A stretch of DNA of 64,000 bases from Azolla caroliniana (GCA_043228905.1 JBHGNT010000008.1:186001-250000); one strand, 5' to 3'; shown: positions 1-15,909, counted from the first letter of the stretch. Made by a program: numbers and translations. The notes: a model not told the origin generated them from the sequence alone.

Positions 1-3000
1 GCTTCGATTCCCATGTTTGAACACTAAAATCCGATATCACATGGGCCAGGTATGAACATTTTAATTTACTCTCGGGCTCTTCTCTACTCCCTCCTCTAAT
101 TTGGTAATTTCTTCATGTCTCTCGACCTGAGTTTCAAAATCTTGATTTTTTAATTCCATATCATAGCTAGCATTGTTAGATTCGATTAGCCTGTTTGAAC
201 ACTAAAATCCGATATTCAATGGGCCAGTTATGAACATTTCAATTTACTCTCGGCCTCTTCTCTACTCCTTCCTCTAATTTGGTAATTTCTTCATGTCTTT
301 GGACATGAGTTTCAAAAGATTGATTTTTTAAGTCCATATCATAGGTAGCATTGTTAGCTTTGATTCGCATGTTTGAACACTAAAATCCGATATCACATGG
401 GCCAGGTATGAACATTTTAATTTACTCATGCGCTCTTCTCAATCCCTCCTTTAATTTGGTAATTTCTTCATGTCTCTCGACATGAGTTTCAAAATCTTGA
501 TTTTTTAATTCCATATCATAGGTAGCTTTGCTAGCTTCGATTCGCATGTTTGAACACTAAAATCCGATATCACATGGGCCAGGTATGAACATTTTAATTT
601 ACTCATGCGCTCTTCTCAATCCCTCCTTTAATTTGGTAATTTCTTCATGTCTCTCGACCTGAGTTTCAAAACATTGATTTTTTAATTCCATATCATATCT
701 AGCATTGTTAGCTTCGATTCCCATGTTTGAACACTAAAATCCGATATCACATGGGCCAGGTATGAACATTTTAATTTACTCTCGGGCTCTTCTCAATCCC
801 TCCTCTAATTTTGTAATTTCTTCATGTCTCTCGACCTGAGTTTCAAAATCTTGATTTTTTAATTCCATATCATAGCTAGCATTGTTAGATTCGATTCGCC
901 TGTTTGAACACTAAAATCCGATATTCAATGGGCCAGTTATGAACATTTTAATTTACTCTCGGCCTCTTCTCAATCCCTCCTTTAATTTGGTAATTTCTTC
1001 ATGTCTCTCGACCTGAGTTTCAAAACATTGATTTTTTAATTCCATATCATAGCTAGCATTGTTAGCTTCGATTCCCATGTTTGAACACTAAAATCCGATA
1101 TCACATGGGCCAGGTATGAACATTTTAATTTACTCTCGGGCTCTTCTCTACTCCCTCCTCTAATTTGGTAATTTCTTCATGTCTCTGGACCTGAGTTTCA
1201 AAATCTTGATTTTTTAATTCCATATCATAGCTAGCATTGTTAGATTCGATTAGCCTGTTTGAACACTAAAATCCGATATTCAATGAGCCAGTTATGAACA
1301 TTTCAATTTACTCTCGGCCTCTTCTCTACTCCTTCCTCTAATTTGGTAATTTCTTCATGTCTTTCGACATGAGTTTCAAAAGATTGATTTTTTAAGTCCA
1401 TATCATAGGTAGCATTGTTAGCTTTGATTCGCATGTTTGAACACTAAAATCCTATATCACATGGGCGAGGTATGAACATTTTAATTTACTCATGCGCTCT
1501 TCTCAATCCCTCCTTTAATTTGGTAATTTCTTCATGTCTCTCGACATGAGTTTCAAAATCTTGATTTTTTAATTCCATATCATAGCTACCGTTGTTAGCT
1601 TCGATTCGCATGTTTGAACACTAAAATCCGATATCACATGGACCAGGTATGAACATTTTAATTTACTCTCGGGCTCTTCTCAACTCCCTCCTCAACTTTG
1701 GTTATTTCTTCATGTCTCTCAACGTGAGTTTCAAAATTCTTATTTTTTACTTCCATATGATAGCTAACATTGTAAGCTTCGATTCAAATGTTTGAACACT
1801 AAAATCCGATATCACATGGGACAGCTATGAACATTTTAATTTGATCTCGGGCTCTTCTCAACTCCCTCCTCAAATTTGGTAATTTCTTCATGTCTCTCGA
1901 CCTGAGTTTCAAAAGCTTCATTTTTCAATTCCATATCATAGGTAGCATTGTTAGCTTCGATTCGCATGTTTGAACACAAAAATCCGATATCACATGGGCC
2001 AGGTATGAACATTTTAATTTACTCTCGGGCTCTTCTCAACTCCCTCCTCTAATTTGGTAATTTCTTCATATCTATCGACCTGAGTTTCCAAAGCTTGATT
2101 TTCTAATGCCATATCATAGCTAGCATTGTTAGCTTCGATTCGCATGTTTGAACACTCAAATCCGATATCACATGGGCCAGGTATGAACATTTTAATTTAC
2201 TCTCGGGCTCTTGTCAACTCCCTCCTCAAATTTGGTTATTTCTTCATGTCTCTTGACGTGAGTTTCAAAAGCTTGTTTTTTGAATTCCATATCATAGGTA
2301 GCTTTGCTAGCTTCGATTCGCAAGTTTGAACACTAAAATCCAATATCACATGGGACAGGTATGAACATTTTAATTTACTCTCGGGCTCTTCTCAACTCCC
2401 TCCTCAAATTTGGTAATTTTTCATGTCTCTCGACCTGAGTTTCGAAATCTTGATTTTTGATTTCCATAACATAGCTCGCATTGTTAGCTTCGATTCGCAT
2501 ATTTGAACACTAAAATCCGATATCACATGGGCCAGGTATGAACATTTTAATTTACTCTCGGCCTCTTCTCTACTTCCCTCCTCTAATTTGGTAATTTCTT
2601 CATGTCTCTCGACCTGAGTTTCAAAACCTTGATTTTTTAATTCGATATCATAGCTAGACTTCTTAGCTTCGATTCGTATGTTTGAACACTAAAATCCGAT
2701 ATCACATGGGGCAGGTATGAACATTTTAATTTACTCTCGGGCTCTTCTCTACTCCCTCCTCTAATTTTTGAATTTCTTCATGTCTCTCGACCTGAGTTTC
2801 AAAATCTTGATTTTTTAATTCCATAACATAGCTCGCATTGTTAGCTTCGATTCGCATATTTGAACACTAAAATCCGATATCACATGGGCCAGGTATGAAC
2901 ATTTTTATTTACTCTCGGCCTCTTCTCTACTCCCTCCTCTAATTTTGTAATTTCTTCATGTCTCTCGACCTGAGTTTCAAAACCTTGATTTTTTAATTGG

Positions 3001-6000
3001 ATATCATAGCTAGCCTTGTTAGCTTCGATTCGTATGCTTGAACACTAAAATCCGATATCACATGGGCCAGGTATGAACATTTTAATTTACTCTCGGGCTC
3101 TTCTCTACTCCCTCCTCTAATGTTGGAATTTCTTCATGTCTCTCGACCTGAGTTTGAAAATCTTGATTTTTTAATTCCATATCATAGCTAGCATTGTTAG
3201 ATTCGATTAGCCTATTTGAACACTAAAATCCGATATTCAATGGGCCAGTTATGAACATTTTAATTTACTCTCGGCCTCTTCTCGACTCCTTCCTCTAATT
3301 TGGTTATTTCTACATGTCTCTCGACCTGAGTTTCAAAAGCTTGATTTTTGAATTCCATATCATAGGTAGCTTTGCTAGCTTCGATTCGCATGTTTGAACA
3401 CTAAAATCCGATATCACATGGGCCAGGTATGAACATTTTAATTTACTCATGCGCTCTTCTCAATCCCTCCTTTAATTTGGTAATTTCTTCATGTCTCTCG
3501 ACATGAGTTTCAAAATCTTGATTTTTTAATTCCATAACATAGCTCGCATTGTTAGCTTCGATTCGCATGTTTGAACACTCAAATCCGATATAACATGGGC
3601 CAGGTATGAACATTTTAATTTACTCTCGGGCTCTTCTCAACTCCCTCCTCTAATTTGGTAATTTCTTCATATCTCTCGACCTGAGTTTCCAAAGCTTGAT
3701 TTTCTAATGCCATATCATAGCTAGCATTGTTAGCTTCGATTCGCATGTTTGAACACTCAAGTCCGATATCACATGGGCCAGGTATGAACATTATAATTTA
3801 CTCTCGGGCTCTTCTCAACTCCCTCCTGAAATTTGGTTATTTTTTCATGTCTCTTGACGTGAGTTTCAAAAGCTTGATTTTTGAATTCCATATCATAGGT
3901 AGCTGTGCTAGCTTCGATTCGCAAGTTTGAACACTAAAACCCGATATCACATGGGCCAGGTATGAACATTTTAATTTACTCTCGGGCTCTTCTCTACTCC
4001 CTCCTCTAATTTTGGAATTTCTTCATGTCTCTCGACCTGACTTTCAAAATCTTGATTTTTTAATTCCATAACATAGCTCGCATTGTTAGCTTCGATTCGC
4101 AAGTTTGAACACTAAAATCCGATATCACATGGGCCAGGTATGAACATTTTAATTTACTCTCGGGCTCTTCTCTACTCCCTCCTCTAATTTCGGAATTTCT
4201 TCATGTCTCTCGACCTGAGTTTCAAAATATTGATTTTTTGATTTCCATAACATAGCTCGCATTGTTAGCTTCGATTCGCATATTTGAACACTAAAATCCG
4301 ATATCACATGGGCCAGGTATGAACATTTTTATTTACTCTCGGCCTCTTCTCTACTCCCTCCTCTAATTTGGTAATTTCTTCATGTCTCTCGACCTGAGTT
4401 TCAAAACATTGATTTTTTAATTCCATATCATAGCTAGTATTGTTAGCTTCGATTCCCATGTTTGAACACTAAATTCCGATATCACATGGGCCAGGTATGA
4501 ACATTTTAATTTACTCTCGGGCTCTTCTCTACTCCCTCCTCTAATTTTGGAATTTCTTCATGTCTCTCGACCTGAGTTTGAAAATCTTGATTTTTTAATT
4601 CCATATCATAGCTAGCATTGTTAGATTCGATTAGCCTATTTGAACACTAAAATCCGATATTCAATGGGCCAGTTATGAACATTTTAATTTACTCTCGGCC
4701 TCTTCTCGACTCCTTCCTCTAATTTGGTAATTTCTTCATGTCTTTCGACATGAGTTTCAAAAGATTGATTTTTTAAGTCCATATCATAGGTAGCATTGTT
4801 AGCTTCGATTCGCATGTTTGAACACTAAAATCCGATATCGCTTGGGCCAGGTATGAACATTTTAATTTACTCATGCGCTCTTCTCAATCCCTCCTTTAAT
4901 TTGGTAATTTCTTCATGTCTCTCGACATGAGTTTCAAAATCTTGATTTTTTAATTCCATATCATAGCTACCGTTGTTAGCTTCCATTCGCATGTTTGAAC
5001 ACTAAAATCCGATATCACATGGGCCAGGTATGAACATTTTAATATACTCTCCGGCTCTTCTTAACTCCCTCCTCAAATTTGGTTATTTCTTCATGTCTCT
5101 CAATGTGAGTTTCAAAATTCTTATTTTGTACTTCCATATGATAGCTAACATTGTAAGCTTCGATTCAAATGTTTGAACACTAAAATCCAATATCACATGG
5201 GCCAGGTATGAACATTTTAATTTACTCATGCGCTCTTCTCAACTCCCTCCTCAAATTTGGTAATTTCTTAATGTCTCTCGACCTGAGTTTCAAAAGCTTC
5301 ATTTTTCAATTCCATATCATAGGTAGCATTGTTAGCTTCCATTCGCATGTTTGAACACAAAAATCCGATATCAAATGGGCCACGTATGAACATTTTAATT
5401 TACTCTCGGGCTCTTCTCAACTCCCTCCTCTAATTTGGTAATTTCTTCATATCTCTCGACCTGAGTTTCCAAAGCTTGATTTTCTAATGCTATATCATAG
5501 CTAGCATTGTTAGCTTCGATTCGCATGTTTGAACACTAAAATCCGATATCGCTTGGGCCAGGTATGAACATTTTAATTTACTCTCGGGCTCTTCTCAACT
5601 CCCTCCTCAAATTTGGTTATTTCTACATGTCTCTCGACCTGAGTTTCAAAAGCTTGATTTTTGAATTCCATATCATAGGTAGCTTTGCTAGCTTCGATTC
5701 GCATGTTTGAACACTAAAATCCGATATCACATTGGCCAGGTATGAACATTTTAATTTACTCATGCGCTCTTCTCAATCCCTCCTTTAATTTGGTAATTTC
5801 TTCATGTCTCTCGACATGAGTTTCAAAATCTTGATTTTTTAATTCCATAACATAGCTCGCATTGTTAGCTTCGATTCGCATATTTGAACACTAAAATCCG
5901 ATATCACATGGGCCAGGTATGAACATTTTAATTTACTCTCGGGCTCCTCTAAGTTGGTAATTTCTTAATATCTCTCGACCTGAGTTTGAAAATATTGATT

Positions 6001-6489
6001 TTTTAATTCCATATCATAGCTAGCTTTGCTAGCTTCGATTCGCATGTTTAAACACTAAAATCCGATATCACATGGGCTAGGTCTAAACATTTTAATTTAC
6101 TCTCGGGCTCTTCTCAACTCCCTCCTCTAATTTGGGAATTTCTTCATTTCTCTCGACCTGAGTTTCAAAATCTTGATTTTTTAATTCCATAACATAGCTC
6201 GCATTGTTAGCTTCGATTCGCATATTTAAACACTAAAATCCGATATCTCATGGGCCAGGTCTAAACATTTTAATTTACTCACGCGCTCTTCTCAACTCCC
6301 TCCTCAAATTTGGTAATTTCTTCATGTCTCTCGACCTGAGTTTGAAAATCTTGATTTTTTATTCCATATCATAGGTAGCTTTGTTAGCTTCCATTCGCAT
6401 ATTTAAACACTCAAATCCGATATCACATTGGCCAAGTCTAAACATTTTAATTAACTCTCGGGCTCTTCTCTACTCCCTCCTCTAATTTT

Positions 6490-9400
6490 GGAATTTCTTC
6501 ATCTCTCTCGACCTGAGTTTCAAAATCTAGATTTTTGATTTCCATAACATAGCTCGCATTGTTAGCTTCGATTCACATATTTGAACACTAAAATCCGATA
6601 TCATATGGGCCAGGTATGAACATTTTAATTTACTCTCGGCCTCTTCTCTACTCCCTCCTCTAATTTGGTAATTTCTTCATGTCTCTCGACCTGAGTTTCA
6701 AAACCTTGATTTTTTAATTCGATATCATAGCTAGACTTGTTAGCTTCGATTCGTATGTTTGAACACTAAAATCCGATATCACATGGGCCAGGTATGAACA
6801 TTTTAATTTACTCTCGGGCTCTTCTCTACTCCCTCCTCTAATTTTGGAATTTCTTCATGTCTCTCGACGTGGGTTTCCAAAGCTTGATTTTTTAATTCCA
6901 TATCATAGGTACCTTTGCTAGCTTCGATTCACATGTTTAAACACTAAAATCCGATATCACATGGGCCAGGTATGAACATTTTAATTTAATCTCGGGCTCT
7001 TCTCAACTACCTCCTCAAATTTGGTAATTTCTTCGTGTCTCTCGACCTGAGTTTCAAAAGCTTGATTTTTTAATGCCATATCATATCTAGCATTGTTAGC
7101 TTCGATTCGCCTATTTGAACACTAAAATCCGATCTTCAATGGGCCAGTTATGAACATTTTAATTTACTCTCGGCCTCTTCTCTACTCCTTCCTCTAATTA
7201 GGTAATTTCTTCATGTCTTTCGACATGAGTTTCAAAAGATTGATTTTTTAATTCGATATCATAGGTAGCATTGTTAGCTTCGATTCGCATGTTTGAACAC
7301 TAAAATCCTATATCACATGGGCCAGGTATAACATTTTAATTTACTCATGCGCTCTTCTCAATCCCTCCTTTAATTTGGTAATTTCATCATGTCTCTCGAC
7401 ATGAGTTTCAAAATCTTGATTTTTTAATTCCATATCATAGCTACCGTTGTTAGCTTCGATTCGCATGTTTGAACACTAAAATCCGATATCACATGGGCCA
7501 GGTATGAACATTTTAATTTACTCTCGGGCTCTTCTCAACTCCCTCCTCTAATTTGGTAATTTCTTCATATCTCTCGACCTGAGTTTCCAAAGCTTGATTT
7601 TCTAATGCCATATCATAGCTAGCATTGTTAGCTTCGATTCGCATGTTTGAACACTAAAGTCCGATATCACATGGGCCAGGTATGAACATTATAATTTACT
7701 CTCGGGCTCTTCTCAACTCCCTCCTGAAATTTGGTTATTTTTTCATGTCTCTTGACGTGAGTTTCAAAAGCTTGATTTTTGAATTCCATATCATAGGTAG
7801 CTGTGCTAGCTTCGATTCGCAAGTTTGAACACTAAAATCCGATATCACATGGGCCAGGTATGAACATTTTAATTTACTCTCGGGCTCTTCTCTACTCCCT
7901 CCTCTAATTTTGGAATTTCTTCATGTCTCTCGACCTGACTTTCAAAATCTTGATTTTTTAATTCCATAACATAGCTCGCATTGTTAGCTTCGATTCGCAA
8001 GTTTGAACACTAAAATCCGATATCACATGGGCCAGGTATGAACATTTTAATTTACTCTCGGGCTCTTCTCTACTCCCTCCTCTAATTTCGGAATTTCTTC
8101 ATGTCTCTCGACCTGAGTTTCAAAATCTTGATTTTTGATTTCCATAACATAGCTCGCATTGTTAGCTTCGATTCGCATATTTGAACACTAAAATCCGATA
8201 TCACATGGGCCAGGTATGAACATTTTAATTTACTCTCGGGCTCTTCTCAACTACCTCCTCAAATTTGGTAATTTCTTCGTGTCTCTCGACCTGAGTTTCA
8301 AAAGCTTGATTTTCTAATGCCATATCATATCTAGCATTGTTAGCTTCGATTCCCATGTTTGAACACTAAATTCCGATATCACATGGGCCAGGTATGAACA
8401 TTTTAATTTACTCTCGGGCTCTTCTCAATCCCTCCTCTAATTTGGTAATTTCTTCATGTCTCTCGACCTGAGTTTCAAAATCTTGATTTTTTAATTCCAT
8501 ATCATAGCTAGCATTGTTAGCTTCAATTCGCCTGTTTGAACACTAAAATCCGATATTCAATGGGCCAGTTATGAACATTTTAATTTACTCTCGGCCTCTT
8601 CTCTACTCCTTCCTCTAAATGGGTAATTTCTTCATGTCTTTCGACATGAGTTTCAAAAGATTGATTTTTTAAGTCCATATCATAGGTAGCATTGTTAGCT
8701 TCGATTCGCATGTTTGAACACTAAAATCCTATATCACATGGGCCAGGTATGAAGCTTTTAATTTACTCTCGGGCTCTTCTCAACTCCCTCCTCTAATTTG
8801 GTAATTTCTTCATATCTCTCGACCTGAGTTTCCAAAGCTTGATTTTCTAATGCCATATCATAGCTAGCATTGTTAGCTTCGATTCGCATGTTTGAACACT
8901 CAAGTCCGATATCACATGGGCCAGGTATGAACATTTTAATTTACTCTCGGGCTCTTCTCAACTCCCTCCTCAAATTTGGTTATTTCTTCATGTCTCTTGA
9001 CGTGAGTTTCAAAAGCTTGATTTTTTAATTCCATATCATAGGTAGCATTGTTAGCTTCGATTCGCATGTTTGAACACAAAAATCCGATATCACATGGGCC
9101 AGGGCTGAACATTTTAATTTACCCTCGGGCTCGTCTCAACTCCCTCCTCAAATTTGGTAATTTCTTCATGTCTCTCGACCTGAGTTTCAAAAGCTTCATT
9201 TTTTAATTCCATATCATAGGTAGCATTGTTAGCTTCAATTAGCATGTTTGAACACAAAAATCCGATATCACATGGGCCAGGTATGAACATTTTAATTTAC
9301 TCTCGGGCTCTTCTCAACTCCCTCGTCTAATTTGGTAATTTCTTCATATCTTTCGACCTGAGTTTCCAAAGATTGATTTTCTAATGCCATATCATAGCTA

Positions 9401-12400
9401 GCATTGTTAGCTTCGATTCGCATATTTGAACACTAAAATCCGATATCACATGGGCCAGGTATGAACATTTTAATTTACTCTAGGCCTCTTCTCTACTCCC
9501 TCCTCTAATTTGGTAATTTCTTCATGTCTCTCGACCTGAGTTTCAAAACATTGATTTTTTAATTCCATATCATAGCTAGCATTGTTAGCTTCGATTCCCA
9601 TGTTTGAACACTAAATTCTGATATCACATGGGCCAGGTATGAACATTTTAATTTACTCTCGGGCTCTTCTCAATCCCTCCTCTAATTTGGAATTTCTTCA
9701 TCTCTCTCGACCTGAGTTTCAAAAACTTGATTTTTGATTTCCATAACATAGCTCGCATTGTTAGCTTCGATTCGCATATTTGAACACTAAAATCCGATAT
9801 CATATGGGCCAGGTATGAACATTTTAATTTACTCTCGGCCTCTTCTCTACTCCCTCCTCTAATTTGGTAATTTCTTCATGTCTCTCGACCTGAGTTTCAA
9901 AACCTTGATTTTTTAATTCGATATCATAGCTAGACTTGTTAGCTTCGATTCGTATGTTTGAACACTAAAATCCGATATCACATGGGCCAGGTATGAACAT
10001 TTTAATTTACTCTCGGGCTCTTCTCTACTCCCTCCTCTAATTTTGGAATTTCTTCATGTCTCTCGACGTGGGTTTCCAAAGCTTGATTTTTTAATTCCAT
10101 ATCATAGGTACCTTTGCTAGCTTCGATTCACATGTTTAAACACTAAAATCCGATATCACATGGGCCAGGTATGAACATTTTAATTTAATCTCGGGCTCTT
10201 CTCAACTACCTCCTCAAATTTGGTAATTTCTTCGTGTCTCTCGACCTGAGTTTCAAAAGCTTGATTTTTTAATGCCATATCATATCTAGCATTGTTAGCT
10301 TCGATTCGCCTATTTGAACACTAAAATCCGATCTTCAATGGGCCAGTTATGAACATTTTAATTTACTCTCGGCCTCTTCTCTACTCCTTCCTCTAATTAG
10401 GTAATTTCTTCATGTCTTTCGACATGAGTTTCAAAAGATTGATTTTTTAATTCGATATCATAGGTAGCATTGTTAGCTTCGATTCGCATGTTTGAACACT
10501 AAAATCCTATATCACATGGGCCAGGTATAACATTTTAATTTACTCATGCGCTCTTCTCAATCCCTCCTTTAATTTGGTAATTTCATCATGTCTCTCGACA
10601 TGAGTTTCAAAATCTTGATTTTTTAATTCCATATCATAGCTACCGTTGTTAGCTTCGATTCGCATGTTTGAACACTAAAATCCGATATCACATGGGCCAG
10701 GTATGAACATTTTAATTTACTCTCGGGCTCTTCTCAACTCCCTCCTCTAATTTGGTAATTTCTTCATATCTCTCGACCTGAGTTTCCAAAGCTTGATTTT
10801 CTAATGCCATATCATAGCTAGCATTGTTAGCTTCGATTCGCATGTTTGAACACTAAAGTCCGATATCACATGGGCCAGGTATGAACATTATAATTTACTC
10901 TCGGGCTCTTCTCAACTCCCTCCTGAAATTTGGTTATTTTTTCATGTCTCTTGACGTGAGTTTCAAAAGCTTGATTTTTGAATTCCATATCATAGGTAGC
11001 TGTGCTAGCTTCGATTCGCAAGTTTGAACACTAAAATCCGATATCACATGGGCCAGGTATGAACATTTTAATTTACTCTCGGGCTCTTCTCTACTCCCTC
11101 CTCTAATTTTGGAATTTCTTCATGTCTCTCGACCTGACTTTCAAAATCTTGATTTTTTAATTCCATAACATAGCTCGCATTGTTAGCTTCGATTCGCAAG
11201 TTTGAACACTAAAATCCGATATCACATGGGCCAGGTATGAACATTTTAATTTACTCTCGGGCTCTTCTCTACTCCCTCCTCTAATTTCGGAATTTCTTCA
11301 TGTCTCTCGACCTGAGTTTCAAAATCTTGATTTTTGATTTCCATAACATAGCTCGCATTGTTAGCTTCGATTCGCATATTTGAACACTAAAATCCGATAT
11401 CACATGGGCCAGGTATGAACATTTTAATTTACTCTCGGGCTCTTCTCAACTACCTCCTCAAATTTGGTAATTTCTTCGTGTCTCTCGACCTGAGTTTCAA
11501 AAGCTTGATTTTCTAATGCCATATCATATCTAGCATTGTTAGCTTCGATTCCCATGTTTGAACACTAAATTCCGATATCACATGGGCCAGGTATGAACAT
11601 TTTAGTTTACTCTCGGGCTCTTCTCAATCCCTCCTCTAATTTGGTAATTTCTTCATGTCTCTCGACCTGAGTTTCAAAATCTTGATTTTTTAATTCCATA
11701 TCATAGCTAGCATTGTTAGCTTCAATTCGCCTGTTTGAACACTAAAATCCGATATTCAATGGGCCAGTTATGAACATTTTAATTTACTCTCGGCCTCTTC
11801 TCTACTCCTTCCTCTAAATGGGTAATTTCTTCATGTCTTTCGACATGAGTTTCAAAAGATTGATTTTTTAAGTCCATATCATAGGTAGCATTGTTAGCTT
11901 CGATTCGCATGTTTGAACACTAAAATCCTATATCACATGGGCCAGGTATGAACATTTTAATTTACTCTCGGGCTCTTCTCAACTCCCTCCTCTAATTTGG
12001 TAATTTCTTCATATCTCTCGACCTGAGTTTCCAAAGCTTGATTTTCTAATGCCATATCATAGCTAGCATTGTTAGCTTCGATTCGCATGTTTGAACACTC
12101 AAGTCCGATATCACATGGGCCAGGTATGAACATTTTAATTTACTCTCGGGCTCTTCTCAACTCCCTCCTCAAATTTGGTTATTTCTTCATGTCTCTTGAC
12201 GTGAGTTTCAAAAGCTTGATTTTTTAATTCCATATCATAGGTAGCATTGTTAGCTTCGATTCGCATGTTTGAACACAAAAATCCGATATCACATGGGCCA
12301 GGGCTGAACATTTTAATTTACCCTCGGGCTCGTCTCAACTCCCTCCTCAAATTTGGTAATTTCTTCATGTCTCTCGACCTGAGTTTCAAAAGCTTCATTT

Positions 12401-15400
12401 TTTAATTCCATATCATAGGTAGCATTGTTAGCTTCAATTAGCATGTTTGAACACAAAAATCCGATATCACATGGGCCAGGTATGAACATTTTAATTTACT
12501 CTCGGGCTCTTCTCAACTCCCTCGTCTAATTTGGTAATTTCTTCATATCTTTCGACCTGAGTTTCCAAAGATTGATTTTCTAATGCCATATCATAGCTAG
12601 CATTGTTAGCTTCGATTCGCATATTTGAACACTAAAATCCGATATCACATGGGCCAGGTATGAACATTTTAATTTACTCTAGGCCTCTTCTCTACTCCCT
12701 CCTCTAATTTGGTAATTTCTTCATGTCTCTCGACCTGAGTTTCAAAACATTGATTTTTTAATTCCATATCATAGCTAGCATTGTTAGCTTCGATTCCCAT
12801 GTTTGAACACTAAATTCTGATATCACATGGGCCAGGTATGAACATTTTAATTTACTCTCGGGCTCTTCTCAATCCCTCCTCTAATTTGGAATTTCTTCAT
12901 CTCTCTCGACCTGAGTTTCAAAAACTTGATTTTTGATTTCCATAACATAGCTCGCATTGTTAGCTTCGATTCGCATATTTGAACACTAAAATCCGATATC
13001 ATATGGGCCAGGTATGAACATTTTAATTTACTCTCGGCCTCTTCTCTACTCCCTCCTCTAATTTGGTAATTTCTTCATGTCTCTCGACCTGAGTTTCAAA
13101 ACCTTGATTTTTTAATTCGATATCATAGCTAGACTTGTTAGCTTCGATTCGTATGTTTGAACACTAAAATCCGATATCACATGGGCCAGGTATGAACATT
13201 TTAATTTACTCTCGGGCTCTTCTCTACTCCCTCCTCTAATTTTGGAATTTCTTCATGTCTCTCGACGTGGGTTTCCAAAGCTTGATTTTTTAATTCCATA
13301 TCATAGGTACCTTTGCTAGCTTCGATTCACATGTTTAAACACTAAAATCCGATATCACATGGGCCAGGTATGAACATTTTAATTTAATCTCGGGCTCTTC
13401 TCAACTACCTCCTCAAATTTGGTAATTTCTTCGTGTCTCTCGACCTGAGTTTCAAAAGCTTGATTTTTTAATGCCATATCATATCTAGCATTGTTAGCTT
13501 CGATTCGCCTATTTGAACACTAAAATCCGATCTTCAATGGGCCAGTTATGAACATTTTAATTTACTCTCGGCCTCTTCTCTACTCCTTCCTCTAATTAGG
13601 TAATTTCTTCATGTCTTTCGACATGAGTTTCAAAAGATTGATTTTTTAATTTGATATCATAGGTAGCATTGTTAGCTTCGATTCGCATGTTTGAACACTA
13701 AAATCCTATATCACATGGGCCAGGTATAACATTTTAATTTACTCATGCGCTCTTCTCAATCCCTCCTTTAATTTGGTAATTTCATCATGTCTCTCGACAT
13801 GAGTTTCAAAATCTTGATTTTTTAATTCCATATCATAGCTACCGTTGTTAGCTTCGATTCGCATGTTTGAACACTAACTTCCGATATCACATGGGCCAGG
13901 TATGAACATTTTAATTTACTCTCGGGCTCTTCTCAACTCCCTCCTCTAATTTGGTAATTTCTTCATATCTCTCGACCTGAGTTTCCAAAGCTTGATTTTC
14001 TAATGCCATATCATAGCTAGCATTGTTAGCTTCGATTCGCATGTTTGAACACTAAAGTCCGATATCACATGGGCCAGGTATGAACATTATAATTTACTCT
14101 CGGGCTCTTCTCAACTCCCTCCTGAAATTTGGTTATTTTTTCATGTCTCTTGACGTGAGTTTCAAAAGCTTGATTTTTGAATTCCATATCATAGGTAGCT
14201 GTGCTAGCTTCGATTCGCAAGTTTGAACACTAAAATCCGATATCACATGGGCCAGGTATGAACATTTTAATTTACTCTCGGGCTCTTCTCTACTCCCTCC
14301 TCTAATTTCGGAATTTCTTCATGTCTCTCGACCTGAGTTTCAAAATCTTGATTTTTGATTTCCATAACATAGCTCGCATTGTTAGCTTCGATTCGCATAT
14401 TTGAACACTAAAATCCGATATCACATGGGCCAGGTATGAACATTTTAATTTACTCTCGGGCTCTTCTCAACTACCTCCTCAAATTTGGTAATTTCTTCGT
14501 GTCTCTCGACCTGAGTTTCAAAAGCTTGATTTTTTAATGCCATATCATATCTAGCATTGTTAGCTTCGATTCCCATGTTTGAACACTAAATTCCGATATC
14601 ACATGGGCCAGGTATGAACATTTTAATTTACTCTCGGGCTCTTCTCAATCCCTCCTCTAATTTGGTAATTTCTTCATGTCTCTCGACCTGAGTTTCAAAA
14701 TCTTGATTTTTTAATTCCATATCATAGCTAGCATTGTTAGCTTCAATTCGCCTGTTTGAACACTAAAATCCGATATTCAATGGGCCAAATATGAACATTT
14801 TAATTTACTCTCGGCCTCTTCTCTACTCCTTCCTCTAAATGGGTAATTTCTTCATGTCTTTCGACATGAGTTTCAAAAGATTGATTTTTTAAGTCCATAT
14901 CATAGGTAGCATTGTTAGCTTCGATTCGCATGTTTGAACACTAAAATCCTATATCACATGGGCCAGGTATGAACATTTTAATTTACTCTCGGGCTCTTCT
15001 CAACTCCCTCCTCTAATTTGGTAATTTCTTCATATCTCTCGACCTGAGTTTCCAAAGCTTGATTTTCTAATGCCATATCATAGCTAGCATTGTTAGCTTC
15101 GATTCGCATGTTTGAACACTCAAGTCCGATATCACATGGGCCAGGTATGAACATTTTAATTTACTCTCGGGCTCTTCTCAACTCCCTCCTCAAATTTGGT
15201 TATTTCTTCATGTCTCTTGACGTGAGTTTCAAAAGCTTGATTTTTTAATTCCATATCATAGGTAGCATTGTTAGCTTCGATTCGCATGTTTGAACACAAA
15301 AATCCGATATCACATGGGCCAGGGCTGAACATTTTAATTTACTCTCGGGCTCGTCTCAACTCCCTCCTCAAATTTGGTAATTTCTTCATGTCTCTCGACC

Positions 15401-15909
15401 TGAGTTTCAAAAGCTTCATTTTTTAATTCCATATCATAGGTAGCATTGTTAGCTTCAATTAGCATGTTTGAACACAAAAATCCGATATCACATGGGCCAG
15501 GTATGAACATTTTAATTTACTCTCGGGCTCTTCTCAACTCCCTCCTCTAATTTGGTAATTTCTTCATATCTTTCGACCTGAGTTTCCAAAGATTGATTTT
15601 CTAATGCCATATCATAGCTAGCATTGTTAGCTTCGATTCGCATATTTGAACACTAAAATCCGATATCACATGGGCCAGGTATGAACATTTTAATTTACTC
15701 TAGGCCTCTTCTCTACTCCCTCCTCTAATTTGGTAATTTCTTCATGTCTCTCGACCTGAGTTTCAAAACATTGATTTTTTAATTCCATATCATAGCTAGC
15801 ATTGTTAGCTTCGATTCCCATGTTTGAACACTAAATTCTGATATCACATGGGCCAGGTATGAACATTTTAATTTACTCTCGGGCTCTTCTCAATCCCTCC
15901 TCTAATTTG
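6490..15909. repeat. Higher-order repeat: three tandem copies of a 3199-bp 18-mer (third copy is a 17-mer)
   Basis: Private variant GCCAGGTATAACATT occurs at 7321, 10520 and 13719 (period 3199). AGGGCTGAAC occurs at 9101, 12300 and 15321; the last interval is 3021, one monomer shorter. Confidence 0.9.

Noticed and set aside
1-178. CENP-B box or Arabidopsis CEN180 identity
   Set aside because: TTCG and CGGG are not in the TTCG-N4-A-N2-CGGG spacing, and the sequence does not match CEN180 as I recall it, despite the equal length.
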